This document shows, piece by piece, positions 48,410 through 58,616 of a stretch of DNA of 64,000 nucleotides. The position numbers and the translations under genes were made by a program. Position 1 is the stretch's first letter. Each line of letters opens with the position of its first letter. Origin of the DNA: Nitrososphaerota archaeon. GTDB lineage: Archaea; Thermoproteota; Nitrososphaeria_A; Caldarchaeales; Caldarchaeaceae. The DNA lies in the NCBI GenBank assembly GCA_041641305.1, contig JBEPYN010000002.1, positions 256,001 to 320,000 of the forward strand, in the 5' to 3' direction. The notes beneath the pieces were generated by a model. The model saw only the letters and a list, made by a program, of their open reading frames with translations, made no database searches and had not been told where the DNA came from.

Positions 48410-49693
48410 ATGAACAATAAAATCAGCAGAAGAAAAGCAGTTAGCACAGCTGCGGCCGTTGGCGCGGTTGTCGGGGTCGGAGTGGTGGCAGGTGCGGCAG
48501 GGTTTTTCGTCGGTTCATCTGCTCCGAGGGAGCAAAGAACAGTTACTCTTACAAACCAGGTAACACAGACCCAGACCGTAACCGCATCCAAGCTTCCCAG
48601 AGAAATCAAGATAGGTGTTCTCCTACCGCTCAGCGGGGACATCGGCCCAATAGGTAGTAAAATGCTCAACGGCGCGAAATTCGCTGCCAAGATGCTCAAC
48701 GAGTGGGGCGGTATAGCTGGCAGCACTGTGTCGATAGCGGCCGAGGATACGGTTGGAGAGCCGACCAAGGCTCTCGACGCGGTCAAGAAACTCGTAGAAG
48801 TTGACGGGGTTCAGGTGATAGCTGGTCCGGCTACAAGTGTCGAATTCCTGACAATAGCTGATTACCTGAAGTCGAGAAGAGTGCCTGCCATATCGATGTC
48901 CGCCACTGCGGCGGCGATTTCTGAAATAGGCGGCGACTATATTTTCCGTGTTGTTCCAAGCGACGCCGAGCAGACGAGAGCTCTCGCCGACCTCATAACA
49001 GCAAAGGGTGTAAACCGTTTAGCAACCTTCGTCGTGTCCAACGACTATGGCATAGGTATAGAGGAGGGGCTGAAAAAACATTTGGGCAATAAAATAGTTA
49101 TCAGTATCAGATATGACCCAACAAAAGGAGACTATCGTGAAGAGTTGAACCGAGTCAAACAGGCTAACGTGGACGCGGTTCTATGGGCGATGTGGGTCGA
49201 CAGCGGCATAGTTGTTTTCAAACAAGCCTACGACCTTGGGCTCACCAACATCCTAAGCTTCGGTGGAGAAGGCATGAGCGACAAAGCCTTCTTCGCAGAC
49301 GCGAAAGCAGCCGAATACCTGCTACTAACACAGATGACTGGAACAAAACCAGCACCATCCGCAGAATCACTTTCATCGAAACGATTCGTGGAAACATACC
49401 GTAGAGAATTCGGAGAAGACCCAGGTCTCTTCGCGGACACCACATACGACTCCACCATGGTGTCAGCTCTTGCGGTGGCGTTAGCAGGCGAATACAACGG
49501 CGCCAAGATAGCATCGATGGTCAAGGCGGCAGCCTACCACTACATAGGCCCAAGCGGGCAGAAAATGATGAACGAGTCGGGAGACGCGGAGCAGGCTTCT
49601 TACGAGATATGGCGCGTAGTCAAGGACGGCGACTATGACTTCAAGAAGATAGGCAGCTGGGATTCAGTCATCGGTCTCAACCTAACCACCTAA
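48410..49693 (+). CDS. ABC substrate-binding protein (LivK fold) with twin-arginine-like N-terminus
   Basis: ISRRKAV plus hydrophobic stretch; IGVLLPLSG, EDT, FRVVPSD, YD. Confidence 0.88.
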   Translation: MNNKISRRKAVSTAAAVGAVVGVGVVAGAAGFFVGSSAPREQRTVTLTNQVTQTQTVTASKLPREIKIGVLLPLSGDIGPIGSKMLNGAKFAAKMLNEWGGIAGSTVSIAAEDTVGEPTKALDAVKKLVEVDGVQVIAGPATSVEFLTIADYLKSRRVPAISMSATAAAISEIGGDYIFRVVPSDAEQTRALADLITAKGVNRLATFVVSNDYGIGIEEGLKKHLGNKIVISIRYDPTKGDYREELNRVKQANVDAVLWAMWVDSGIVVFKQAYDLGLTNILSFGGEGMSDKAFFADAKAAEYLLLTQMTGTKPAPSAESLSSKRFVETYRREFGEDPGLFADTTYDSTMVSALAVALAGEYNGAKIASMVKAAAYHYIGPSGQKMMNESGDAEQASYEIWRVVKDGDYDFKKIGSWDSVIGLNLTT

Positions 49694-49707
49694 CCGACAG
49701 CACTAAA

Positions 49708-50616
49708 TTGATTTTTGACACATCACTAATCCAGACGCTGTTAAACGGACTGATAACTGGCAGTATCTACTTTATGGTATCAATCGGCCTCACTCTACAA
49801 TATCAGCTGATGAAGTTTCCAAATCTAACCCACGCGGAACTATTCACTATAGGAGCCTTCATCACCTACATTTTTGCAGACATCGTAGGACTCGGTTACT
49901 GGCTATCTCTTCCCATAGCCGCGGTATTCACAGGCGGGGTTGCGGCGTCAATCTACCTGGCCGTTTTCAAGCAGCTGATTAAAAGAGGCGCTTCGCTGTC
50001 GCATCTCATCATCGCCGCAGCTGGAATGGGTATATTTTTGAGATATGTGATGTGGGAGGCCGCGGGACGACGTTCTTACTTTTATTCAGAATTCTTCTCC
50101 TCCTACGACATAGGGCCAATAAGAATATCCGTTTTATGGATAGCCATAGTCATCGTAGCAGCATTAACCGCGCTTATGCTGCTTCTTTTATTCACGCGCA
50201 CATTGTTCGGAAAAGCCGTGCGAGGTCTCTCGAGCAACCCCTTGCTCGCACGCGTTTCAGGAATTGACGCCGATAAAATGACAATCCTCGTGTGGGTTCT
50301 ATCCGGTGTTCTGGCAGGTCTTGCAGGCAGTCTTAGAGCCGCCGATACACGGCTCACTCCCGAACTGGGGGTAGAGGTGCTGATACCCATGTTTGCAGTA
50401 ACAGTACTCGGAGGAATAGGAAGCGTATCAGGCGCCTTTATAGGAGCCTACATACTTGGGCTGACTGAGAGCTTCGGAGTCGTAGCGCTCAGCTCGCTCG
50501 GCCTCCCCACAGAATATAAAGCCCTCACAGCGTTCGCAATTCTCGTAATCACAATCCTAATTCTGCCAACAGGCCTAAGCTCCATCATATCAAAAGAGCG
50601 GACCAGACGTGATTAA
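49708..50616 (+). CDS. livH: LivH-type ABC permease
   Basis: GLTL..NLTHAE, FGKAVR..LARVSGID, VLGGIGS. Confidence 0.88.
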   Translation: MIFDTSLIQTLLNGLITGSIYFMVSIGLTLQYQLMKFPNLTHAELFTIGAFITYIFADIVGLGYWLSLPIAAVFTGGVAASIYLAVFKQLIKRGASLSHLIIAAAGMGIFLRYVMWEAAGRRSYFYSEFFSSYDIGPIRISVLWIAIVIVAALTALMLLLLFTRTLFGKAVRGLSSNPLLARVSGIDADKMTILVWVLSGVLAGLAGSLRAADTRLTPELGVEVLIPMFAVTVLGGIGSVSGAFIGAYILGLTESFGVVALSSLGLPTEYKALTAFAILVITILILPTGLSSIISKERTRRD

Positions 50617-51505
50617 CATAGAATTCATCCTCGATACATTAGTTTTAACCATTTTGTTTGCAATAGTAACACTCAGTTTAAACCTGAAATATGGATACAC
50701 CGGATTACTCGACTTTGGAAAGGCAGCCTTTTTCGCAACAGGAGCCTATGTATCAGCGATAATGGCCACCAACGGATATCCACCAATCTTAGGAATGTTT
50801 ACGGCTATGATTATCGCTGCACTACTGGGGCTGCTGATATCCATTCCCGCTATAAGAGTGCGCAGCGACTACCTTGCAATAATAACTCTGGTCTTCTCTG
50901 AAACCATCCGAATAATTTTGAAGAACGAGTCATGGATAGCTGGCGGCGTCTTAGGGATAAGAGGTATACCTCCTCTCCTAGACCCGAGAACAACACCATA
51001 CCAGATGTACCTGCTAACACATCTAATGATTGCGCTGGTGTTATACATTGTGTTTTTTACTGTAAGTTGGCTTATCACTAACTCACCTTTCGGAAGGATT
51101 TTGAGGGCGATAAGAGAGGACGAGGTAGCCTCAGCGATGTATGGAAAAAACAATACAGTAGTAAAAGCCTTTGTTTTCGGTTTCTCGTGCTCGATGGCCG
51201 CGGCAGCGGGTAGCCTATACGCCCATTATGTCGGCTTCGTTTCACCAGACCTCTTTGTGCTCGCGATAACACTCCAAGTATGGATAATGAGCATCATCGG
51301 CGGCCCATCAACTATAACAGGCAGTTTCATAGGAGCATTAACCGTATTATCCATAGCACGTGGAACAAGAATAATAAAAGACTACCTAAACCTTCCAATA
51401 GACCCCAACAACACCATGTTCATACTCACCGGAATTCTCCTCATCATAACAATAATGTTCAGACCCACCGGTCTAGTAAAAGAGGGGAAGATAAAAATTG
51501 CCTAA
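50609..51505 (+). CDS. livM: LivM-type ABC permease
   Basis: SLNLKYGYTGLLDFG, DYLAIITL, SPFGRILRAIREDE. Confidence 0.9.
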   Translation: MINIEFILDTLVLTILFAIVTLSLNLKYGYTGLLDFGKAAFFATGAYVSAIMATNGYPPILGMFTAMIIAALLGLLISIPAIRVRSDYLAIITLVFSETIRIILKNESWIAGGVLGIRGIPPLLDPRTTPYQMYLLTHLMIALVLYIVFFTVSWLITNSPFGRILRAIREDEVASAMYGKNNTVVKAFVFGFSCSMAAAAGSLYAHYVGFVSPDLFVLAITLQVWIMSIIGGPSTITGSFIGALTVLSIARGTRIIKDYLNLPIDPNNTMFILTGILLIITIMFRPTGLVKEGKIKIA

Positions 51506-52265
51506 CGAAGAGATGTTAAAAGTATCGAACCTCGGGCTAAGTTTCGGAGGATTCCGAGTAGTCGACAAAGTATCCTTCACCATTGAGGGATCCCAAATAT
51601 ATGCATTGATAGGGCCCAATGGTAGCGGGAAAACATCACTCTTCAACGCTATCACCGGAGTATACAAACCACAAAGCGGAAAAGTGTTTTTCAATGGAAA
51701 AGACATAACATCATTTCCTCCACACCGTGTATTCCGGGAAGGAATAGTCAGAACATTTCAATATCCAAAGGTCTTCAACAAAATGACGATAATCGATAAT
51801 TTGGTATTCGCGTCAAGAAACCAAGTTGGAGACAATCCTGCAGCAGCAGTTTTTCAAAGAAACAAAGTAAAAGAGCAGGAAAAGAACCTGAAAAAGAAAG
51901 CATATGACGTGTTGGATAAAATCGGGTTGATAAAATATGCTGAAAGCTATCCAACTGAGTTGTCGGGAGGCCAGTTAAAGCTATTAGAACTGGGCAGAGC
52001 TTTGATGGCTGATCCACAGTTGCTAATGCTTGACGAGCCGGCGGCGGGAATAAACCCAATTTTAACCACACAGCTCTTCAAAATCCTCAGGAAAGCCCGA
52101 GACGAAGAGAACCTGACAATATTCCTGATAGAGCATCGGCTCGAGATAGTAAAAGAATTCGTCGACTGGGTGTATGTCATGAGAAGCGGCAAAATCGTGT
52201 TAGAAGGCTCTCCTAACGAAGTTCTCTACGACAAAAACTTTCTAGAAATCTATACGGGTGGGTAA
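51498..52265 (+). CDS. livG: LivG-type ABC ATPase
   Basis: GPNGSGKT, RTFQ, LSGGQ, LDEPAAG, IEH. Confidence 0.9.
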   Translation: MPNEEMLKVSNLGLSFGGFRVVDKVSFTIEGSQIYALIGPNGSGKTSLFNAITGVYKPQSGKVFFNGKDITSFPPHRVFREGIVRTFQYPKVFNKMTIIDNLVFASRNQVGDNPAAAVFQRNKVKEQEKNLKKKAYDVLDKIGLIKYAESYPTELSGGQLKLLELGRALMADPQLLMLDEPAAGINPILTTQLFKILRKARDEENLTIFLIEHRLEIVKEFVDWVYVMRSGKIVLEGSPNEVLYDKNFLEIYTGG

Positions 52266-52977
52266 TTTGCCGCATATACTCGAAATTCGTGGCTTGAAAT
52301 CAGGATATGGCCGGATAGAAATCATACATGATGTGAGCTTGGACGTCGAGAGAGGCGCTGTACTCGCAGTGCTGGGTGTAAATGGAAGCGGAAAATCCAC
52401 TCTCCTAAAAAGCATCATGGGAATCACCAACATTTTCGACGGCTCCGTAAAACTTGATGGAGAAGAGCTTGTGGGTAAAAAAGTTGAGGAAATCGCGAGA
52501 AAGAAGATCGGATACGTTCCTCAAACCGACAACATTTTCCCCAATCTAACAGTGAGAGAAAATCTGGAACTGGGTGCGTTTGTCGGAGAGAAAAACGTTC
52601 TCCGGATAGATGAGGTTTACAGAATTTTCCCCGAACTTGCATCCTTATCAACCAAGAAAGCCGCGTTACTGAGCGGCGGCGAGCGGCAAATGCTCGCAAT
52701 AGGGCGAGCCATGATAGGTCAGCCGAAAATCCTGTTGCTCGATGAACCAACAGCAAACTTGGCTCCCGCCATCACTGAAAAACTCCGAAAAAGAATCAGA
52801 GAAATAACCGACTCTGGCACAACCATTGTAATCGTGGAGCAAAACGTCAACATAGCCGTGTCAATCGCCGACTATGTAACAGTCCTTGTATCAGGCCAGA
52901 AATCATTCTACGGCACGCCAGACGAGCTGTCCGCCATAAATCTACAAGAAGTGTTACTTGGGCTAAATAGGAAATAA
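52258..52977 (+). CDS. livF: LivF-type ABC ATPase
   Basis: GVNGSGKST, LSGGERQ, LDEPTANLAP, EQN. Confidence 0.9.
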   Translation: MGNLPHILEIRGLKSGYGRIEIIHDVSLDVERGAVLAVLGVNGSGKSTLLKSIMGITNIFDGSVKLDGEELVGKKVEEIARKKIGYVPQTDNIFPNLTVRENLELGAFVGEKNVLRIDEVYRIFPELASLSTKKAALLSGGERQMLAIGRAMIGQPKILLLDEPTANLAPAITEKLRKRIREITDSGTTIVIVEQNVNIAVSIADYVTVLVSGQKSFYGTPDELSAINLQEVLLGLNRK

Positions 52978-53008
52978 ATTTAAATAAGACTTCCCGATTT
53001 AACCGTTC

Positions 53009-54346
53009 GTGTACAGTGGGAAAATAGCCTTATCAAGCACAATTGCGGCTGTTATGGCTGTTGCGCTTTTGGTTGTCGGCGTAGTCGGCGGCTATTTTGT
53101 CGGTATATCGAGCTCAGCCCAGAACGTGGTCACCCGCACAGAATACGTAACCGTCGGGGGCACTGTTACCGAGAGAATAACCATAACTATAACATCTACC
53201 GCCAGCCCCAGCCCAGCCTCCGCTCCGCCGCTGAAAATTGGTATGACAATATCGAAGGATGGGCTTTTTGCACCCCTAACCTCGGGATACGAGGCCTTCA
53301 ACCGCGAATGGTTGAACTGGGTAAACAACGTACGAAAAGGTGTCTACCTCAGGGAGCTCGGTGTTAGAGTTCCTGTCGAGATCATCATGTACGATGACCG
53401 GAGTCAGCCCGACTTAGCTATACAGCTGTACACGAAATTGGCGACCGAGGATAACGTGCATATTCTGGTCAGCCCATACAGCGCAGACATAGGAATTCAG
53501 TTGATTCCTACCGTGGCTGAGAGGTACAGAGTGCCCATGATAATGGCGGAAGCTAGTACCAAAGATATGTGGAACAAAGGATACAGATACGTGGTTACGT
53601 CGATGGTTCCGTACTGGGAGCCGAACCAAAACGGCTGGAGTGCATCCTATTTCGAACTCATAAAGCAAACCGGCTGGGCTAGGACAATCGCTTTTGTCGG
53701 CTGGGACATCACTTGGGCCATTGACACCTACAACAGCGGTAAGGAGCTGGCGAGACAGGCGGGTCTAGAGATAGTGTACGATCAACTACTGACACCCGGC
53801 ACCACAGATTTCTCAGGCGTCATAAGGGAGCTGAAATCCATCCAGCCAGATATCGTCTATCTCGCGATGTTCGGCCCAGTTAACGCACTTTTCATACGTC
53901 AAGCAAATGAAGCGGGATTCAAGCCGAAAGAGTTTCACGTCATCGAATACGGAGCCGGTTTCGTGAACAGCCTCGGTCCACTAGCAGAGGGGGTGACCAG
54001 CGAAATATTCTGGACGCCATCCTTCAAGTTTTACCAGTCAGATCTGTTGAACGAGCTGATGACAAAGGCAGGACTCAACTGGGTGGATTGGCAATGGACC
54101 GAGCTAAGAATGATCATATTCCAGATGATAGTAGCGGCTGTGGAGGAAGCGGGTAAACTAGACAGAGAAGCCATAAACAATGCCCTGCACAGGCTACAGA
54201 TAATGACCGTGAGCGGGCCCCTGATAATAGGTCCACAGGGATACGGAAACATAGGCTTGGTCGCAATCCAGATACAAAACGGCAGAATACAGACAGTGTG
54301 GCCAAGTGAACTAGCCAACGCAACATACGTATATCCAAGAAGCTAA
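53009..54346 (+). CDS. ABC substrate-binding protein (LivK fold)
   Basis: N-terminal TM, Thr-rich stalk, YDDRSQP, SPYS, QIQNG..VWP. Confidence 0.85.
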   Translation: MYSGKIALSSTIAAVMAVALLVVGVVGGYFVGISSSAQNVVTRTEYVTVGGTVTERITITITSTASPSPASAPPLKIGMTISKDGLFAPLTSGYEAFNREWLNWVNNVRKGVYLRELGVRVPVEIIMYDDRSQPDLAIQLYTKLATEDNVHILVSPYSADIGIQLIPTVAERYRVPMIMAEASTKDMWNKGYRYVVTSMVPYWEPNQNGWSASYFELIKQTGWARTIAFVGWDITWAIDTYNSGKELARQAGLEIVYDQLLTPGTTDFSGVIRELKSIQPDIVYLAMFGPVNALFIRQANEAGFKPKEFHVIEYGAGFVNSLGPLAEGVTSEIFWTPSFKFYQSDLLNELMTKAGLNWVDWQWTELRMIIFQMIVAAVEEAGKLDREAINNALHRLQIMTVSGPLIIGPQGYGNIGLVAIQIQNGRIQTVWPSELANATYVYPRS

Positions 54347-54348
54347 AC

Positions 54349-55233
54349 ATGGTAGCTCCCACTTTTTTTATCGAATCCCTAGTTGACGGCATAGTTCTCG
54401 GAGGAATCTACGCTGTAATAGCGCTCGGTCTCTCGATGATGTATGGAGTGGCAGGAGTTTTAAACATAGCACATGGAGACCTAGTCATGCTAGCTGGTTT
54501 ACTGGCCTTCAGCCTAACAACTTTCTTCGATCAACCAGTCACCGGGTTCGTTTTAGCACCAGCATTAATTATACCGCTCTTTTTTCTCATAGGTCTAGGG
54601 CTTTTCAGCGGCCTGCTGAGGCCTATTTCAACAAGAGCTCCGCAAAATCTGCTTCTAAGCTCAATCCTCATAACACTCGGCATATCATTTATTATGCAGG
54701 ACTTGGCGGCGACGTTTCTAGGAACCCTGCCAAGAAGCATTTACATGGGTTTTCAGCCACTTAAAATAGGCGACATCTCTATTCCATTCTTTAGAGTAGT
54801 CACTTTCGGATTGGTCCTGACTATAACTATTGTTTTCTGGATTTTCTTGAGACAAACTTTCCTAGGAAGAGCCATGCGGGCGGTTACTTATAATAGAGAG
54901 GCATCTGCATTTCTAGGTGTCCCTATTGACCGTGTTGGGGCGATATCCTTCGGGTTAGGAACAATACTTGCGGCGTTAGGTGGATTAATTTACATGGGCA
55001 ATGGTTTCCCTATGACACCTTTCATCGGCTTGTCACTAACTGTAAAGGCATTGACGGTTATCGTAGTCGGTGGTGCTGGTAAACTCGGCGGCGCACTCGT
55101 CGGCGGCCTAGTCCTAGGAATAGCGGAAACATTGACCGGCGTCTTCATCTCCTTTTATTGGTCACCTGCACTAGCCATAATCCTACTGCTCACAATTCTG
55201 ATGATAAAGCCAACGGGGATAATGGGAGATTGA
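54349..55233 (+). CDS. livH: LivH-type ABC permease
   Basis: GLSMMYGVAGVLNIAHGD, LGRAMRAV. Confidence 0.9.
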   Translation: MVAPTFFIESLVDGIVLGGIYAVIALGLSMMYGVAGVLNIAHGDLVMLAGLLAFSLTTFFDQPVTGFVLAPALIIPLFFLIGLGLFSGLLRPISTRAPQNLLLSSILITLGISFIMQDLAATFLGTLPRSIYMGFQPLKIGDISIPFFRVVTFGLVLTITIVFWIFLRQTFLGRAMRAVTYNREASAFLGVPIDRVGAISFGLGTILAALGGLIYMGNGFPMTPFIGLSLTVKALTVIVVGGAGKLGGALVGGLVLGIAETLTGVFISFYWSPALAIILLLTILMIKPTGIMGD

Positions 55234-56225
55234 GGAAGTTTTTCTCACGATCAATAACTCTATGGATTGTCTTACTAGTCGTCGCATTTACACTAGGATT
55301 TTTCGCTGCACCCTACTACACAAGTCTTTTGATTTTTCTGTTCATTTACGCAGCCTTGGCTCTGAGCTACGACATCTTAGGAGGTTTCCTAGGCTATATG
55401 AACTTAGGACACATAATTTTCTATGGTTTAGGAGCATATGTATTCGCAATAACACTCAACAACTTATCACTGATGTTGGGAAGCGACCTGCTTCTCCTAA
55501 GCATGTTTACAGCAATCATAGCCTCTGTGGCAGTCGGTGCAGGAGTAGCAGCTTTGCTTAGCTATCCTTTATTTAGAGTCAAGGGTTTCTACTTTGCTGT
55601 TGCCACGCTCGGATTAATCAGCCTCGTTAACATCGTCATAAGTTCTCCCGAAATGAGTCTGATCTCGGGCGGATTTTCCGGAATAAATCTGGTAAGTGAT
55701 GTGGCTCGAGAGAGCAATTCACAAAACGCGTACCTCTTAGCGATGACAACCCTCGTATTGACAGGTTTAGTACATGTATCAATCAACAGAAGTTCATTCA
55801 GGAATATTTTTAGCTGTGTAAAAGAGGATGAACAAGCATCCGAATGTTCGGGCATAAACCCTTTCCGCTATAAACAGGTTGCTTTCATAATAAGCGCGGC
55901 GCTCGCATCGCTTGCCGGTACAGCCTATATGTGGTTCCAGACCTATACTAATCCGCGTCTCGCTTTCGCCATAGAGCTTGCCTTTCTCCCCATAATAATC
56001 GCTCTATTAGGAGGCTCGGGAACTCTTGTTGGCCCTTTGATAGGCTCAATAATTTTTACCGTAGTATATCAACTGCTTTTGGTTAACCTGCCCTCGTTGA
56101 CCAAGCTGATTATAGGCTTGGTGTTGATCGCGGTCGGTGTAGGAGCCTCCTCAGGAGTCGTTGGGCTAATCAGAAGCGTTGCTAGGCTCCGACGTAAAAC
56201 CTACGAAGCTTCTCCATCTTACTGA
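55230..56225 (+). CDS. livM: LivM-type ABC permease
   Basis: GGFLGYMNLGH, GFYFAVATL, LLGGSGTLVGP. Likely TTG start at 55230 overlapping the upstream stop. Confidence 0.88.
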   Translation: MRKFFSRSITLWIVLLVVAFTLGFFAAPYYTSLLIFLFIYAALALSYDILGGFLGYMNLGHIIFYGLGAYVFAITLNNLSLMLGSDLLLLSMFTAIIASVAVGAGVAALLSYPLFRVKGFYFAVATLGLISLVNIVISSPEMSLISGGFSGINLVSDVARESNSQNAYLLAMTTLVLTGLVHVSINRSSFRNIFSCVKEDEQASECSGINPFRYKQVAFIISAALASLAGTAYMWFQTYTNPRLAFAIELAFLPIIIALLGGSGTLVGPLIGSIIFTVVYQLLLVNLPSLTKLIIGLVLIAVGVGASSGVVGLIRSVARLRRKTYEASPSY

Positions 56226-56898
56226 ACTCGTTGGAGGGGCCCTCAGCTCTAATACGGCCACTCTCCAGCAAATACACGTATTTGGATAGCTTAAGAGCTC
56301 TACTAACATCCTGCTCCACCAATACGATGCTCAAGTCAGTAGTTGACAATAGTTTTTCCAGAGAAGTAAAGAGATTTTTCACCGCAATAGGAGACAACCC
56401 TGTAGACGGCTCATCCAGAAGTAAAACCCTAGGTTTAGCCATCAACGCCCGAGCAATAACCAGCATCTGTTTCTCGCCACCGCTGAGTGTTTGAGCCATC
56501 TGGTTTCGCCTTTCATAGAGAACCGGAAACAATTCATACACAAATTTCAGCATCTCATCAAGACGATCACGGTTTAGAAATGCACCTAAAACGAGATTAT
56601 CATAAACAGTCATTTTGCCGAAAACACCGCTCCCATCTGGAACATAGACAATACCTTGTCTGACCCGCTCATGTGCAGGAAGCCCGTTTATTTTCTCTCC
56701 CAAGTAGTTTATCTCCCCAGTCAACGGTTTCACGGTGCCCGCTATAGTTTTAAGCAGAGTTGTTTTGCCAGCACCGTTTGGACCAATTATTCCCACTACA
56801 TTGTTTTCACCTAGGCTGATACTGATGTCCCAAAGCACTTGCAGCCGACCATAAGCTACGTTCAAATGTCTAACTTCCAGCAGATTCAATCTGTTCAC
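56182..56898 (-). CDS. livF: LivF-type ABC ATPase
   Basis: GPNGAGKTT, LSGGEKQ, LDEPSTGLSP. Confidence 0.9.
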   Translation of the reverse strand: MNRLNLLEVRHLNVAYGRLQVLWDISISLGENNVVGIIGPNGAGKTTLLKTIAGTVKPLTGEINYLGEKINGLPAHERVRQGIVYVPDGSGVFGKMTVYDNLVLGAFLNRDRLDEMLKFVYELFPVLYERRNQMAQTLSGGEKQMLVIARALMAKPRVLLLDEPSTGLSPIAVKNLFTSLEKLLSTTDLSIVLVEQDVSRALKLSKYVYLLESGRIRAEGPSNEFSKMEKLRRFYVGA

Positions 56899-57589
56899 CC
56901 AAATATACCCTTAAAACCTCTTGATTTGACACTATTTCCGATGGACTGCCTTCGGCTAATTTTGCGCCGAGATGTATGACTAACATTTTGTTAGCCAGCT
57001 TAACCAACGCCGTCACTACGTGTTCAACGATGACGAAAGTCAACCCGTTTTTGTTGAGATTTTTTATGACTTCAATAAACTCGTAAATCTCCTGTTCAAC
57101 AAGGCCTGCAAACGGTTCATCTAAAAAAACAAGGTAAGTTTTTCCAACAATAGCCTTCGCCAGCTCCACTTTTTTACGAATAAAAAGGTTGCACTCTGCG
57201 GCTTTCATGTTGGAGTGTCTCTGTAGATCAAGCAGCTTCAACGCCTCGGATACTGTGGATTCGTTTTCACCACGCATCTTGGCTGCGACGGCAACATTCT
57301 CTTTAACAGTCAGGCTTAAAAATGGTCTTACGCTCTGGAAAGTGCGGCCAATCCCGAGCCTAAATCTCTCATATGCCCTCATGTTTGTAATGTCTGTCTC
57401 TCTGAAGAAAACCCGGCCGTTGTCTACAGGAATAATTCCGGTTAAAACATTGATTAGAGTTGTTTTTCCGGCTCCGTTTGGACCGATAATGCCTAAGATC
57501 TGCCCATCCTCAACCTTTAGGCTTATGTCGTTTAAAACAGTCAACCGGTCAAACCTCTTAGAAAGCTTCTCCGCCTCTAAAAGCACCAT
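56870..57589 (-). CDS. livG: LivG-type ABC ATPase with divergent signature
   Basis: GPNGAGKTT, RTFQ, LDEPFAG, VEH, YLGE; signature reads CNLFIRK. Confidence 0.88.
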   Translation of the reverse strand: MVLLEAEKLSKRFDRLTVLNDISLKVEDGQILGIIGPNGAGKTTLINVLTGIIPVDNGRVFFRETDITNMRAYERFRLGIGRTFQSVRPFLSLTVKENVAVAAKMRGENESTVSEALKLLDLQRHSNMKAAECNLFIRKKVELAKAIVGKTYLVFLDEPFAGLVEQEIYEFIEVIKNLNKNGLTFVIVEHVVTALVKLANKMLVIHLGAKLAEGSPSEIVSNQEVLRVYLGEQIESAGS

Positions 57590-57693
57590 TTTTCAGCCTT
57601 CTCGTTTAACACCAGATAGTCTATTTAAGCTTAGTCATCTACGTGGAGTCCACTGTGAATAGCTTTAATTGAACGGATGAAGAGGTCTTGCAT

Positions 57694-57807
57694 GCGGGGG
57701 TTGCCAAGCCTGGTCAAATTACCCAGCCACAGCTGGGTAAAGCCAGCGGCGCAGGGCTTAGGACCCTGTCCCGAAGGGGTTCGTGGGTTCAAATCCCACC
57801 CCCCGCA
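57694..57807 (+). tRNA. tRNA-Leu(TAG) with a non-canonical D-loop intron (about 29-31 nt, about 57717-57747)
   Basis: GCGGGGG/CCCCCGC acceptor, CAGGG-CTTAGGA-CCCTG anticodon arm, variable arm; intron hairpin TTACCCAGC/GCTGGGTAA. Confidence 0.92.
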
Positions 57808-58125
57808 CACATATGTTTGCGCTACACGGGGTAGATGAGCTGAGTTGTTAATGGCGTAAACGATTTCCTTTAGGGGTTTAGATTTGAGATGACTCGTGGC
57901 AGTTGCTTGAAGACCATGAGTCCCTTTTCCGGTTCCAACTCAATAACAGCTCTTGAAATATTTTCACCCCTACTAGAGGTAATGAACAGGATGGCGGCCA
58001 ACAAAAGTCGCGTGGTCATACAGCCTGTATTTTTTAGGGTCAATGGTCATGTAAAAAGGATTTCCGAAGGACCGTCCAACATGCTTGTCCCAAACCTTTA
58101 ACTAAAAGCTTCACATACATACCTC

Positions 58126-58476
58126 ATGACAACGAGTATTGCTGTAACTTTCCGCGCAAAGAAAGGTAGGGAGAAGGAGTTCAACACTTTTCTCAACAAT
58201 CCCGAGAACGGTAGGTTGATGGCCAAGCTTTTGGGCGCTAATAGAAACACGCTCTTTCTAGGCGATGGTGTGATGGTGAGGGTTATTGAGTATCCCGCAG
58301 GGTCTAACCTCAAGTCATTGGATAAGCTTGCTCAGGAAAACCCAGAGATAGCCGCCCTTCTCAGAAAATTTGGGCCAATAATAGAGAATGGGTTTGACAT
58401 TGATGTACCTGGCAGCTTGGAAAGCTTTGAGAAGCGGATAACGCTCTCCCTAGCCTACGATGTAACCGTTGACTGA
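58126..58476 (+). CDS. Hypothetical protein, possible SchA/CurD-like or ABM-type ferredoxin fold
   Basis: AVTFRAKKGREKE..RNTLFLGDGVMVRVIE resembles the SchA/CurD pattern (from memory). Confidence 0.5.
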   Translation: MTTSIAVTFRAKKGREKEFNTFLNNPENGRLMAKLLGANRNTLFLGDGVMVRVIEYPAGSNLKSLDKLAQENPEIAALLRKFGPIIENGFDIDVPGSLESFEKRITLSLAYDVTVD

Positions 58477-58526
58477 AGCAGGTGCCGTAGTGAAAATTTT
58501 TTCCACGAACTTCGGTAGTTTTTGGT

Positions 58527-58612
58527 GACGGTGTACCCTAACCAGGTAGAGGACTCGCCTACTAAACCAGCTACTCCAGAAGAGCCTCACGGGCTCAAAT
58601 CCACCCCACATG
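58527..58612 (+). pseudogene. Degenerate tRNA-Ser-like remnant
   Basis: GACGGTGTACCCTAACCAGGTAGAGG..GCCTACTAA..GCCTCACGGGCTCAAATCCACCCC aligns colinearly with the spliced tRNA-Ser at 31706, but the stems are broken. Confidence 0.6.
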
Positions 58613-58616
58613 ATAC

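Noticed and set aside
57850-58101. Short + ORF and a stop-interrupted minus-strand frame after tRNA-Leu
   Set aside because: No recognisable motifs; possibly gene debris, but unsupported.
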